In this document: positions 24,219-32,288 of the stretch, piece by piece
Layout of the letters: each line of letters begins with the position of its first letter
How positions within the stretch are numbered: position 1 is the stretch's first letter
Assembly (NCBI GenBank): GCA_041491325.1
Contig: JBGPUS010000001.1
Coordinates: 1-34,364, forward strand
Direction: 5' to 3'
From: Nitrospirota bacterium
GTDB lineage: Bacteria > Nitrospirota > UBA9217
Length of the DNA: 34,364 bases
Notes under the pieces: generated by a model
Databases searched by the model: none
Told to the model about the DNA's origin: nothing
Seen by the model: the letters and a program-made list of their open reading frames with translations, nothing else
Program-made: the position numbers and the translations under genes

Positions 24219-25946
24219 GTGCAGAAAGAAATGAATGGGGCTGAAATCATGGTCAAGAGCCTTGAGGACCTTGGGGTAACCCGGATCTTCGGCTACACCG
24301 GCGCAACCATCCTTCCCGTGTATCACGCCCTCGGAAGGAGTTCCATTGCCATAACCGTGAACGCGAATGAGCAAGCAAGCGCCTTCAGCGCCGCGGGATA
24401 TTCCCGGGCGAGCGATCGCGTGGGAGTGGCGGTGGTCACCTCGGGACCCGCCATTACGAATACGCTGACGGCGGTCGCGGATTCGTTTGCCGATTCCGTG
24501 CCCCTGCTCGTGTTTGCCGGACAGGTGCAGCAGAGCCGGCTTGATACCGATGAGTTTCAGCATATTAACGTTAAGGAAGTATTCGCCAAGGCCGCCAAGA
24601 AGGTGATCCTGGTGAACGACGGCTCTGATATCGAAGAGACGATCAAAGACGCCTACTACTATGCGAAGTCGGGCAAACCGGGTCCGGTGGTAATTGATTT
24701 TCCCTACGATATCCAGCGCAAAACAGGCCTCTATCAAGCCAGGGACATTGAGCGGTATCGCCGGAAATACGACCACGAGACCCATCTCGGCAGCAACCAA
24801 TGCCTGCAGTTTTTCGACCTGCTCCAGGGCTCAAAACGGCCCCTGCTCTACATCGGAGGCGGCCTCAATTCCCAGAGGGCCAGCGACAAGATCCGCGAGT
24901 TCAACCGGAAGTTCAATATTCCCTCCATCAATAGTCTCATGGGAAAAGGCATCCTCGACGAGTCGCTCGATACCTCGCTCGGAATGCTGGGGATGTTCGG
25001 AACTCCCTATGCGAACATGGCCATCCAGGAGACGGACCTCTTCGTCGCCTTCGGCGTCCGATGGAACGACCGGGTGGTGCAGAAGGTCGGCGAGTCCGGT
25101 CTGAAAGCCGAGATCGCCTATATCGACATCAATGCCGAGAAAGTACAGGAGGTGCGGGTCACCCGAAACCCGAAGTTCTCCTTTATCGGCGACGCAAGCA
25201 CCGTGCTTGAGGACCTGATTGGATATGCGCAAAAGAACCCCGTCACTTTGAATATTCGTGAATGGCAGGAGCGCGCTGCTTCTCTCAAGCGGCGCTTCCC
25301 GCTCAACTACAATCGCCAGGCAAAAGAGCTCCAGGCTGCCGAGGTGGTGGACCTTCTATCGCGCTCCATGACGGAGGACACTAAAGTCACCACCGGTGTC
25401 GGCCAGCACCAGATGCTCGCCGCGCAATACATGAAGACGGCGCGGCCGAAGTCGTTTATGACGGCGGGGGCCTTCGGGACCATGGGCTTTTCGCTTCCCA
25501 ACGCTATCGGGGTCCACTTTGCGGCCCCGAAAGCCAGGGTGATCGCCATCGACGGAGACAGCAGCATAAAAATGAATATGGGAGAGATCCATACCATCGG
25601 TTCTCTGGGGCTTCCGATTAAAGTACTGCTTCTGAACAACCACGCAGACGGCATGGTAAGAACCATCCAGGCGGTGTTCTACGATCGCCGGTTTACCGCG
25701 TCGGAACGGGGTTTTGACGCGAACTTTGCCGCCATCGCCAAAGAGTGCGGGTTCTTGTGGTGTCGCAAGATCAGCAAACGCGAGGAACTGGAACCGTCGA
25801 TGAAAGAATTTTTGACCGCCGAAGGGCCCTGTTTCCTCGAAGTTGTCACGGACCAGGAGGAGGGGGTCTTTCCGGTCATTCCGCAGGGCAAGGGATACAA
25901 AGACATGATCCTCGGCCCCTCTATCAAGGAAGTTGCGGAAGGCTGA
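24219..25946 (+). CDS. acetolactate synthase large-subunit-like thiamine-pyrophosphate enzyme; no small-subunit gene follows
   Basis: RBS AGGAGG lies upstream of the GTG. GAEIMVKSLEDLGVTRIFGYTGATILPVYHAL (TPP N domain). GTMGFSLPNAIG...IDGDSSIKMNMGE (TPP-binding GDG motif). Confidence 0.85.
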   Translation: MQKEMNGAEIMVKSLEDLGVTRIFGYTGATILPVYHALGRSSIAITVNANEQASAFSAAGYSRASDRVGVAVVTSGPAITNTLTAVADSFADSVPLLVFAGQVQQSRLDTDEFQHINVKEVFAKAAKKVILVNDGSDIEETIKDAYYYAKSGKPGPVVIDFPYDIQRKTGLYQARDIERYRRKYDHETHLGSNQCLQFFDLLQGSKRPLLYIGGGLNSQRASDKIREFNRKFNIPSINSLMGKGILDESLDTSLGMLGMFGTPYANMAIQETDLFVAFGVRWNDRVVQKVGESGLKAEIAYIDINAEKVQEVRVTRNPKFSFIGDASTVLEDLIGYAQKNPVTLNIREWQERAASLKRRFPLNYNRQAKELQAAEVVDLLSRSMTEDTKVTTGVGQHQMLAAQYMKTARPKSFMTAGAFGTMGFSLPNAIGVHFAAPKARVIAIDGDSSIKMNMGEIHTIGSLGLPIKVLLLNNHADGMVRTIQAVFYDRRFTASERGFDANFAAIAKECGFLWCRKISKREELEPSMKEFLTAEGPCFLEVVTDQEEGVFPVIPQGKGYKDMILGPSIKEVAEG

Positions 25947-25969
25947 GGAAGACACTTGAGATCTGAAAT

Positions 25970-25986
25970 GCCGCGCACTCCGCGGC
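25970..25986 (+). terminator. GC-rich hairpin after the TPP-enzyme gene (weak terminator candidate)
   Basis: GCCGCG cactc CGCGGC is followed by the palindrome aagaatattctt. No clean U-tract. Confidence 0.35.
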
Positions 25987-26056
25987 AAGAATATTCTTGA
26001 ATAGAGCTATGCTTTATGTTAAATTTTACACACCGTTTTACCGAGGGGGCGATGGA

Positions 26057-26614
26057 ATGAGAAAGAGGCTGTCGGCTGCGTTTCTCATGGTGGTTTTAAC
26101 TTTGCCGTTCGGTCTCGCGCATGCGTCAGCTGTTGATCAGCAGTACCATAAAGCGGATATGCTGTTCAGCCAGGAGAAATACTCGGAAGCCGTTCTGCTG
26201 TACCGGGCCGTGCTTTCCGCTCCCTCCCGCGCCATACCTTCAGGCGTTCTTCATACCCGGGTCGCGGACTGTTACTTCCGGCTGGGGGATTACCGGAACG
26301 CCCTCGACTCGTACCGCCTGGCGTTGAACAATCAGAAAAAACCCGAACGTCCGCCGACCCAGTACTGGATCGGTTTTTGTGCTTTTTTGCTGGGGAAAGA
26401 CGCGGAGGCTGTAACTGAATTCCTAAAGATACCCGAACTCTATCCGGACTCCGGCATGTGGGCCGTCACGGCGTATTACTGGGCCGGCAGAGCGTCCGAA
26501 CGGATGGGAAAAAAAGAACTTGCCGCCGGGTATTATCGCAAGGCAGGGGGAAACGGCAGGACCGCTCAGGACCGGTTTGCCTTGAAGAGAGCGGAGAAGG
26601 CGAAAGAAAAATAG
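26057..26614 (+). CDS. secreted TPR-repeat protein (YbgF-like)
   Basis: Signal peptide MRKRLSAAFLMVVLTLPFGLAHA. Repeated TPR-like helices (YSEAVLLYRAVL, DYRNALDSYRLAL, AVTAYYWAGRASERMG). Confidence 0.75.
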   Translation: MRKRLSAAFLMVVLTLPFGLAHASAVDQQYHKADMLFSQEKYSEAVLLYRAVLSAPSRAIPSGVLHTRVADCYFRLGDYRNALDSYRLALNNQKKPERPPTQYWIGFCAFLLGKDAEAVTEFLKIPELYPDSGMWAVTAYYWAGRASERMGKKELAAGYYRKAGGNGRTAQDRFALKRAEKAKEK

Positions 26615-26705
26615 GGTCCAGGGCCGGTAAAATAGGGTCCAGGGGCCAGTAGCCAGGGTCCAGTAGTTACCGGACCTCGGACCCTGTACCCTGAACCCTA
26701 TAGGT
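26608..26705. repeat. cluster of direct and inverted GGGTCCAGG-type repeats (repeat family 4)
   Basis: aaaatagggtccagggcc occurs twice in tandem. Next come agccagggtccagtag and the inverted ttaccggacctcggaccctgtaccctgaaccctata. The 12-mer cagggtccagta recurs at 13959-13970. Confidence 0.7.
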
Positions 26706-26709
26706 AACC

Positions 26710-28410
26710 ATGTTAAAAGAACTGAACATAAAAAATTTTGCCATCATCGACCAGCTCCGGGTGGAGTTCACGCCGGGGCTGAACATATTCACCGGTGAGA
26801 CAGGCGCGGGCAAATCCATTGTGGTTGACGCGCTGAACCTCGCCTTGGGCGAACGGGCGAGCGCGGACCTTATCCGCACGGGTTGCCAGGAGGCGGTCGT
26901 GGAAGCCGCGTTTGGGATGGACGGCAACGGCGCGGCAGCCATCATGGCGCTGCTCGCGGACCAGGGCATTGCCGCGGAAGACGGCGAAGACCTGATCGTC
27001 CGCAGGGTGCTCGCTTCGTCGGGCAAGAATAAAGTGTATATCAACGGGAGCCTGGCAAACCTCGCAACGCTCTCGTCCCTCGGAGCGCAGCTCGCGGACA
27101 TCCACGGCCAGCACGAGCACCAGTCCCTCCTCGACCGCGAGCGCCAGATGGACATGCTCGATTCGTTCGGAGGCTTGTTCGGGCTCCGGGAAGAGCTGAC
27201 GCGCTCGTACCGGAGCCTGCAGGACGTTCGGAACGAGCTGGCCGGGCTCGAAGCGGGCGAGCGGGACCGGGCGCAGCGTGAAGACCTGCTGCGGTACCAG
27301 AAGACCGAGATCGAGTCCGCGGCGCTCAAGCCCGGTGAAGATGAAGCGCTGGCGCAGGAGCAGAAGATCCTGATGCACTCCGAAAAACTCGCCGGGCTTT
27401 CCCGCGCGGCGGACGAGGCGCTCTACTCGTCCGACGGATCGGTGCTGGCCGGACTTAAAAAGGCCATGACCAGCCTTCGGGAGATGAACGCCATAGACAA
27501 CCGGCTCGCTCCGGTCCTCGAACTTTGCGAGGCAGGCAGGGCTCAGCTCGAAGAGGCCGCGCATGAAGTATCGTCCTATGCGGGCAGGGTGGAGTTCGAT
27601 CCGGGCCGGCTGGAACAGATCGGCGACCGGCTCGACCTGATTCAAAAATTAAAAAAGAAATACGGCGGCGCGCTTGAGGAGATCAATGCTTTCGGCAGGA
27701 ACGCCTCGGCCGAGCTCGAGCGCATGGAACAGAGCACCGAGGAGATCGCTCGGCTGAAGTCGGAAATCCTGACCATCAAGTCCGGGCTGACGGCATCGGC
27801 GCAGGAACTCACGAAAAAGCGGAGCGCGGCCGCACGGGAACTTGAAAAAAAAGTCGAAGAAGAGCTGGGACACCTCGGCATGAAGAAAACGATATTCAGC
27901 GTGAAGATCACGCAGGAACCCGGCGACGATACGCTTGACAACCATAAACTTGGGCCGCGCGGCGCGGACCGGGTGGAATTTCTCATTTCGCCGAACCCCG
28001 GCGAAGAACCGAAACCGCTCGCGAAGATCGCTTCGGGCGGGGAACTCTCGCGCATCATGCTGGCGCTTAAGACTATCCTTGTCGAAGGAGACAGCATTCC
28101 CACGCTTGTATTCGATGAAGTCGATGCGGGCATCGGCGGCGCGGTCGCGGAAGAGGTAGGGAAAAAACTCAGGCGCGTCGCGGAAACGCGCCAGGTCTTC
28201 TGTATCACCCATTTGCCCCAGATCGCGAGCATGGCCACGAGCCACTACGGGGTTGAAAAGCTCGTGAAGAAGGACCGAACGAGCACCGTCGTGCGCTTGC
28301 TCGTTGAAAAAGAGCGCGTAGACGAGGTCGCGCGCATGCTCGGCGGCAAGACCATCACCGAGGCGACGATCAACCACGCCGAGGAGATGATTGCGCGGGG
28401 AGCGTCGTAA
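26710..28410 (+). CDS. recN: DNA repair protein RecN
   Basis: MLKELNIKNFAIID...FTGETGAGKSI (Walker A), a long coiled-coil, and the C-terminal SGGELSRIMLALK...VFDEVDAGIGG. Confidence 0.95.
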   Translation: MLKELNIKNFAIIDQLRVEFTPGLNIFTGETGAGKSIVVDALNLALGERASADLIRTGCQEAVVEAAFGMDGNGAAAIMALLADQGIAAEDGEDLIVRRVLASSGKNKVYINGSLANLATLSSLGAQLADIHGQHEHQSLLDRERQMDMLDSFGGLFGLREELTRSYRSLQDVRNELAGLEAGERDRAQREDLLRYQKTEIESAALKPGEDEALAQEQKILMHSEKLAGLSRAADEALYSSDGSVLAGLKKAMTSLREMNAIDNRLAPVLELCEAGRAQLEEAAHEVSSYAGRVEFDPGRLEQIGDRLDLIQKLKKKYGGALEEINAFGRNASAELERMEQSTEEIARLKSEILTIKSGLTASAQELTKKRSAAARELEKKVEEELGHLGMKKTIFSVKITQEPGDDTLDNHKLGPRGADRVEFLISPNPGEEPKPLAKIASGGELSRIMLALKTILVEGDSIPTLVFDEVDAGIGGAVAEEVGKKLRRVAETRQVFCITHLPQIASMATSHYGVEKLVKKDRTSTVVRLLVEKERVDEVARMLGGKTITEATINHAEEMIARGAS

Positions 28411-28478
28411 TACGGATTAAGCAGTTCAGGTGTCCTCTCCCCGACAGGGAAAGGGCCGAGGTGAGGGGGCGGAGATAG

Positions 28479-28685
28479 ATGGGCAAGGTCGTCATCAACA
28501 TAGATATCTGCAAAGGGTGCGAGCTTTGTACCACGGCGTGCGCGAAAAAACTCCTCAAGATCGGCAAGGTGTTCAACAAAAAGGGCTACTATACCGTGGA
28601 ATTCCGTGGAAAAGAAGGAGCATGCACGGGATGCGCGCTTTGCGCCGAGATGTGTCCGGACATTGCGATTGAAGTATGGAAATGA
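28479..28685 (+). CDS. 2x[4Fe-4S] ferredoxin, delta-subunit-like component of a 2-oxoacid:ferredoxin oxidoreductase
   Basis: CKGCELCTTAC and CTGCALCAEMCP cluster motifs. Lies immediately upstream of the alpha-subunit gene. Confidence 0.8.
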   Translation: MGKVVINIDICKGCELCTTACAKKLLKIGKVFNKKGYYTVEFRGKEGACTGCALCAEMCPDIAIEVWK

Positions 28686-28752
28686 AATTAAGGAGCCGGA
28701 AGTCAGTAGACAGCAGCCAGGACTGCTACACGCGCAACGAGGACAACAGAGA

Positions 28753-29811
28753 ATGACCAAGGTTTTGATTACCGGAAATGAAGCCCTTGCCGAGGCCGCG
28801 GTGCGCGCGGGATGCAGGCGCTACTTCGGGTATCCGATCACGCCGCAGAACGAAATTCCGGAGTTTATGGCCCGGCGTCTGCCGGAAATCGGCGGGACGT
28901 TCGTGCAGGCCGAGAGCGAGATCGCGGCCATCAGCATGGTATACGGCGCCTCGGCCGTGGGTGAGCGGGCCATGACCTCGTCGTCGAGTCCGGGAATCAG
29001 CCTCATGCAGGAGGCGTTGTCGTTCATGGCGGCCTCGGAACTCCCGGCGGTGATCGTGAACATGCAGCGCGGCGGGCCGGGGCTCGGCAACATTTCGCCG
29101 TCGCAGGCTGATTATTTCCAGGCGGTGAAAGGCGGCGGCCACGGCGATTACCGGCTCCTGGTCTACGCGCCGGCAAGCATCCAGGAGATCGTGGACCTGA
29201 CCGTGCGCGCCTTTGACAAGGCGGACGAGTACAGAAACCCGGTGATGATCCTGGGCGACGGCGTGCTCGGACAGATGATGGAGCCCGTGGAACTGCCGGA
29301 GCTGGAGCCGCGTTTGATCGAGAAACCCTGGGCACTGACGGGCGCCGCGGAAGGAAAACCGGGGAAGGTCATCCGCTCGCTGTTCATGCTGCCGGGCGAA
29401 GACGGCGCGCTCGAACACCACAACTATACACTCAAGGCCAAGTATGAACGCATGGCCGAGCGCGAGGTGATGTGCGAGACCCTCTTGACCGATGACGCTG
29501 AAATCGTGGTAGTGGCCTTCGGCACCTCGGCGCGCATAGCCAAGACCGCGGTCCACATCGCGCGGTCCGAGGGGATCAAAGCGGGCATGGCGCGGCCCAT
29601 TACGCTTTTCCCGTTTCCGGACAGGATTATCGCATCCATCGCGGAGCGCACGAAACAATTCCTCGTCGTTGAAATGAACCTGGGGCAGATGGTCGAGGAC
29701 GTGCGGCTGGCCGTGAACGGCAAAGCGCCGGTATCGTTCTACGGCAGGCCGGGCGGCGCCATTCTCGCTGTCGATGATATCGTCCGGGCCATCAGGCAGG
29801 CCCACGGGTGA
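28753..29811 (+). CDS. 2-oxoacid:ferredoxin (acceptor) oxidoreductase alpha subunit (KorA/VorB/PorA-type)
   Basis: MTKVLITGNEALAEAAVRAGCRRYFGYPITPQNEI...AESEIAAISMVYGASAVGERAMTSSSSPGISLM is the canonical alpha-subunit N-terminus. Substrate specificity not resolved. Confidence 0.85.
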   Translation: MTKVLITGNEALAEAAVRAGCRRYFGYPITPQNEIPEFMARRLPEIGGTFVQAESEIAAISMVYGASAVGERAMTSSSSPGISLMQEALSFMAASELPAVIVNMQRGGPGLGNISPSQADYFQAVKGGGHGDYRLLVYAPASIQEIVDLTVRAFDKADEYRNPVMILGDGVLGQMMEPVELPELEPRLIEKPWALTGAAEGKPGKVIRSLFMLPGEDGALEHHNYTLKAKYERMAEREVMCETLLTDDAEIVVVAFGTSARIAKTAVHIARSEGIKAGMARPITLFPFPDRIIASIAERTKQFLVVEMNLGQMVEDVRLAVNGKAPVSFYGRPGGAILAVDDIVRAIRQAHG

Positions 29812-29829
29812 GAATTTTTTGTGGTTTTT

Positions 29830-29971
29830 GATAAGCACTGATAATTCAGCACATAAATTAAATTCCTTATCACGTGGTACGTGAAAACCTCAAATAAACT
29901 AAATTCCCGATTTTGCTTTCATCTGTGTTCATCAGTGTTTATCCGTGGTTCCAACCGTCGTTTTTAGGTTA
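29830..29971 (+). repeat. interspersed repeat family 1, copy B (142 bp)
   Basis: Full-length alignment with 12858-13002. Internal inverted ends: gataagcactgat (29830-29842) and atcagtgtttatc. It ends 10 nt before the next start codon. Confidence 0.8.
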
Positions 29972-29981
29972 AAAGACCTCG

Positions 29982-30581
29982 ATGATGCCATCGCTCCTGA
30001 AGCGCGTCATAAACCTCATTGTGAAACCGCGAAGCGAGTGGCTGCTCATCAAAGACGAGCACGTCTCGTATCAACGGGTCCTTTTTCGCGATGTTGCGCT
30101 TTTTACCCTTGCGCCGCTTGTTGCTATCAGTCTTCCCGAGCTCCTGCGTTTGCTGAAGCATCCGGACTTGCCGGCCTTCCGGTTTGCCGCGGAGCTTTCC
30201 GTATGGCAGGGTGTGCAATGGTACCTGCTCAATATCATGAACGTCGCAATCATCGGGGCTTTTTTTCAACGCCTCATTCCCATTTCCGCGCATACGAACG
30301 ACCGCGTCCACGGCCTTAAGATATCGGCGTATTCGGCCATGCCGCTTTGGCTGGCAATTTCTTTTACGGCTATTCCTCTCGTTTTTTTCGATTTACTGGC
30401 ATTTTTGGCGTTCCTCTACAGCTTTTACCTCATGTATCTGTCCGTTGTCGTGTTTATGGATGTTCCGAAAAAAAAGGCGGTCGGGTATGCGACGGTCTCC
30501 GTCCTGGCGTCGGCGGGAGCGATCGGTGTCATAGATACCGCCATCATTCAGGCGGTGAGTTACGCGGTCCGGCTCCCTTAG
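29982..30581 (+). CDS. Yip1-domain family membrane protein
   Basis: N-terminus LIVKPRSEWLLIKDE followed by five hydrophobic helices, a typical bacterial YIP1/DUF1282 architecture. Confidence 0.7.
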   Translation: MMPSLLKRVINLIVKPRSEWLLIKDEHVSYQRVLFRDVALFTLAPLVAISLPELLRLLKHPDLPAFRFAAELSVWQGVQWYLLNIMNVAIIGAFFQRLIPISAHTNDRVHGLKISAYSAMPLWLAISFTAIPLVFFDLLAFLAFLYSFYLMYLSVVVFMDVPKKKAVGYATVSVLASAGAIGVIDTAIIQAVSYAVRLP

Positions 30582-30667
30582 ACAGGATAACAGGATTGAC
30601 AGGATTTTTTACGTTTTACCCGCTCTTATCCTGTAATCCTGTCAAAATGAATTCTTGGTTCCGGCTT
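30581..30667. repeat. interspersed repeat family 2, copy 2 (CAGGAT palindromic element; likely also a terminator hairpin)
   Basis: gacaggataacaggat (30581-30596) pairs with atcctgtaatcctgtc (30628-30643) at 15 of 16 positions. It starts on the last base of the Yip1 stop codon. Confidence 0.75.
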
Positions 30668-30707
30668 GTCGGACAGGGAGTCAAATAAAGATTATGAGGA
30701 TTTATCG

Positions 30708-31829
30708 ATGAAACGAATCTACCTCGATTATAACGCCAGCACTCCTGTTGATTCCCGGGTCCTGGATGAAATGCTGCCGTATCTCAGGGAGAAGTACGGG
30801 AACCCTTCGAGCAGCCACTCCTTCGGCGTTGCGTGCAGGTCGGGTATCGAGCAGGCGCGAGAGCGCCTGGCGGTCCTCCTCGGGTGCGAGGCAGCGGAGT
30901 TGATCTTTACCAGCGGGGCCACGGAATCGAATAATATGGTTATCCACGGCGTTGCAGCCTCGGCGCCCGCCGGGAGCCATATCATCACGTCCCGGATCGA
31001 ACATCCGGCCGTGCTGGAGCCGTGCCGTCGGCTTGAAACACGGGGCTACGCGGTAACGTATCTTCCGGTTGACGAGTACGGCATGGTGCGAGCCAAGGAC
31101 CTTGAAAAAGCGATCACGCCCAAGACCGTTCTTATCACGATCATGCACGCGAACAACGAGGTCGGGACCATTCAGCCGATTTCCGAACTCAGCCGCATTG
31201 CGCGGGAACGCGGCGTGCTGTTTCATACGGACGCGGCGCAGAGCGTCGGCAAGATCCCGGTCCGGGTGGAGGAACTCGGCGTGGATTTTCTGACCATAGC
31301 GGGGCACAAGTTTTATGCTCCGAAGGGGATCGGGGCCTTGTTTATAAAAAGCGGGAGGAAGCTCGAACCGCTGTTTCACGGCGCAGGGCATGAGCGGGGC
31401 TTGAGGCCGGGGACGGAGAACGCAGCGTTCATCGTCGGGCTCGGCATGGCAAGCCTGATCTCCGCCGAAAGCCTCGACGTGGAAGGGCCGCGTCAGGCGC
31501 GGCTCGGCAAGCGGCTGTTCGACGGTCTGAAGCAGGCCGGGTTCGGCGTGAGCCTGAACGGGCACCCGGAGAAAAAACTTCCCAACACCTGGAACATAAG
31601 CTTTGCGGGCCATGACGCCGTGACTATCATGGCGTCGCTGACCGACGTGGCGGTGTCTCCCGGCGCCGCCTGTCACGGAGACCTTGTCGAGCCGTCTCAC
31701 GTGCTTTCCGCCATGGGCGCGGACCCCGCACTGGCCCGGGGCGCCGTCCGCTTCAGCCTCGGGAGGGAAACGACCGAGGCGGAAATAGATGAAGTCCTGG
31801 CGAGAATAAAGGCGGAATTGGGCCGGTGA
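30708..31829 (+). CDS. cysteine desulfurase (NifS/IscS-like class V aminotransferase)
   Basis: RIYLDYNASTP...GNPSSSHSFG...FTSGATESNN...HKFYAPKGIGAL (PLP lysine)...SPGAACH (catalytic Cys). Confidence 0.9.
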   Translation: MKRIYLDYNASTPVDSRVLDEMLPYLREKYGNPSSSHSFGVACRSGIEQARERLAVLLGCEAAELIFTSGATESNNMVIHGVAASAPAGSHIITSRIEHPAVLEPCRRLETRGYAVTYLPVDEYGMVRAKDLEKAITPKTVLITIMHANNEVGTIQPISELSRIARERGVLFHTDAAQSVGKIPVRVEELGVDFLTIAGHKFYAPKGIGALFIKSGRKLEPLFHGAGHERGLRPGTENAAFIVGLGMASLISAESLDVEGPRQARLGKRLFDGLKQAGFGVSLNGHPEKKLPNTWNISFAGHDAVTIMASLTDVAVSPGAACHGDLVEPSHVLSAMGADPALARGAVRFSLGRETTEAEIDEVLARIKAELGR

Positions 31830-32003
31830 TTTCGTGTCCCCGTGTCATTTTATGGTTTTTTTTGTCTTCCGTATATGGTACTATTTACCCCTGAAGCAGC
31901 CCCGCTTTATCGGATAGATGCATGCGAAGTTTTGTTTTGTAACACCCAGAGCTTACACCTTCCCTTGTCATCGCCTTTCTTGATAATTGAAAATGGGGTA
32001 TTC

Positions 32004-32073
32004 GTCATGCCCCGTGAAAACGGGCATCCAGCAGGAACTTTAAACCCTGGATTCCCGCCAGCGCGGGAATGAC
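32004..32073. repeat. interspersed repeat family 3, copy B (double-hairpin GTCAT...ATGAC element)
   Basis: gtcATGCCCGtgaaaaCGGGCATcc...ggATTCCCGCcagcGCGGGAATgac has the same layout as 13051-13122. Confidence 0.7.
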
Positions 32074-32180
32074 GGCAAAAAGAGCAGTAATCCTAGAAAG
32101 AGCAGTTGGACGCTGAAGAATCGGATTAACATATGATAAAGGCGTATAAATCTGAAACAAAGCTTTCTTCTTTTTGGTGA

Positions 32181-32237
32181 ACTGATAACCAGAGAAATAT
32201 CCGCTTTTATCTGTGTCAACTGCCGTTTTTAGGGTAA
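32181..32237 (+). repeat. truncated or degenerate copy of repeat family 1
   Basis: It retains the actgataa head and the tail ttttatctgtgtcaactgccgtttttagggtaa. Compare gtttatccgtggttccaaccgcagtttttaggtta in copy A. Confidence 0.5.
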
Positions 32238-32288
32238 TCGTTTTCAGCAAAGTTGTTAAAGACCGATACTACAGGAGGAACAGACGTT

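Noticed and set aside
26608-26705. Possible CRISPR array, or the other short repeats as CRISPR-like
   Set aside because: The repeat units are under 20 bp and occur as only two tandem copies with a 2-3-nt gap. They are mixed with inverted copies. There are no spacer-like unique segments and no cas genes in the window.
26713-28377. Two long minus-strand ORFs (310 and 242 aa), plus a 198-aa one, opposite recN
   Set aside because: These are antisense shadows with arginine- and proline-rich composition. recN on the plus strand is full-length with Walker A/B and signature motifs.
28726-29838. 370-aa minus-strand ORF opposite the oxidoreductase alpha subunit. Similar cases are 30702-31700 opposite the cysteine desulfurase, 32697-33482 opposite the TSUP fusion, 6778-7566 opposite folA and 24087-24800 opposite the TPP enzyme
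   Set aside because: All are R/H/G-rich antisense frames fully overlapped by genes with strong family signatures.
31842-32250. Small ORFs (76 aa on the plus strand, 81 aa on the minus strand) in the nifS-like/TSUP intergenic region
   Set aside because: They run through repeat families 3 and 1, have no RBS, and their sequences are dictated by the hairpin repeats.
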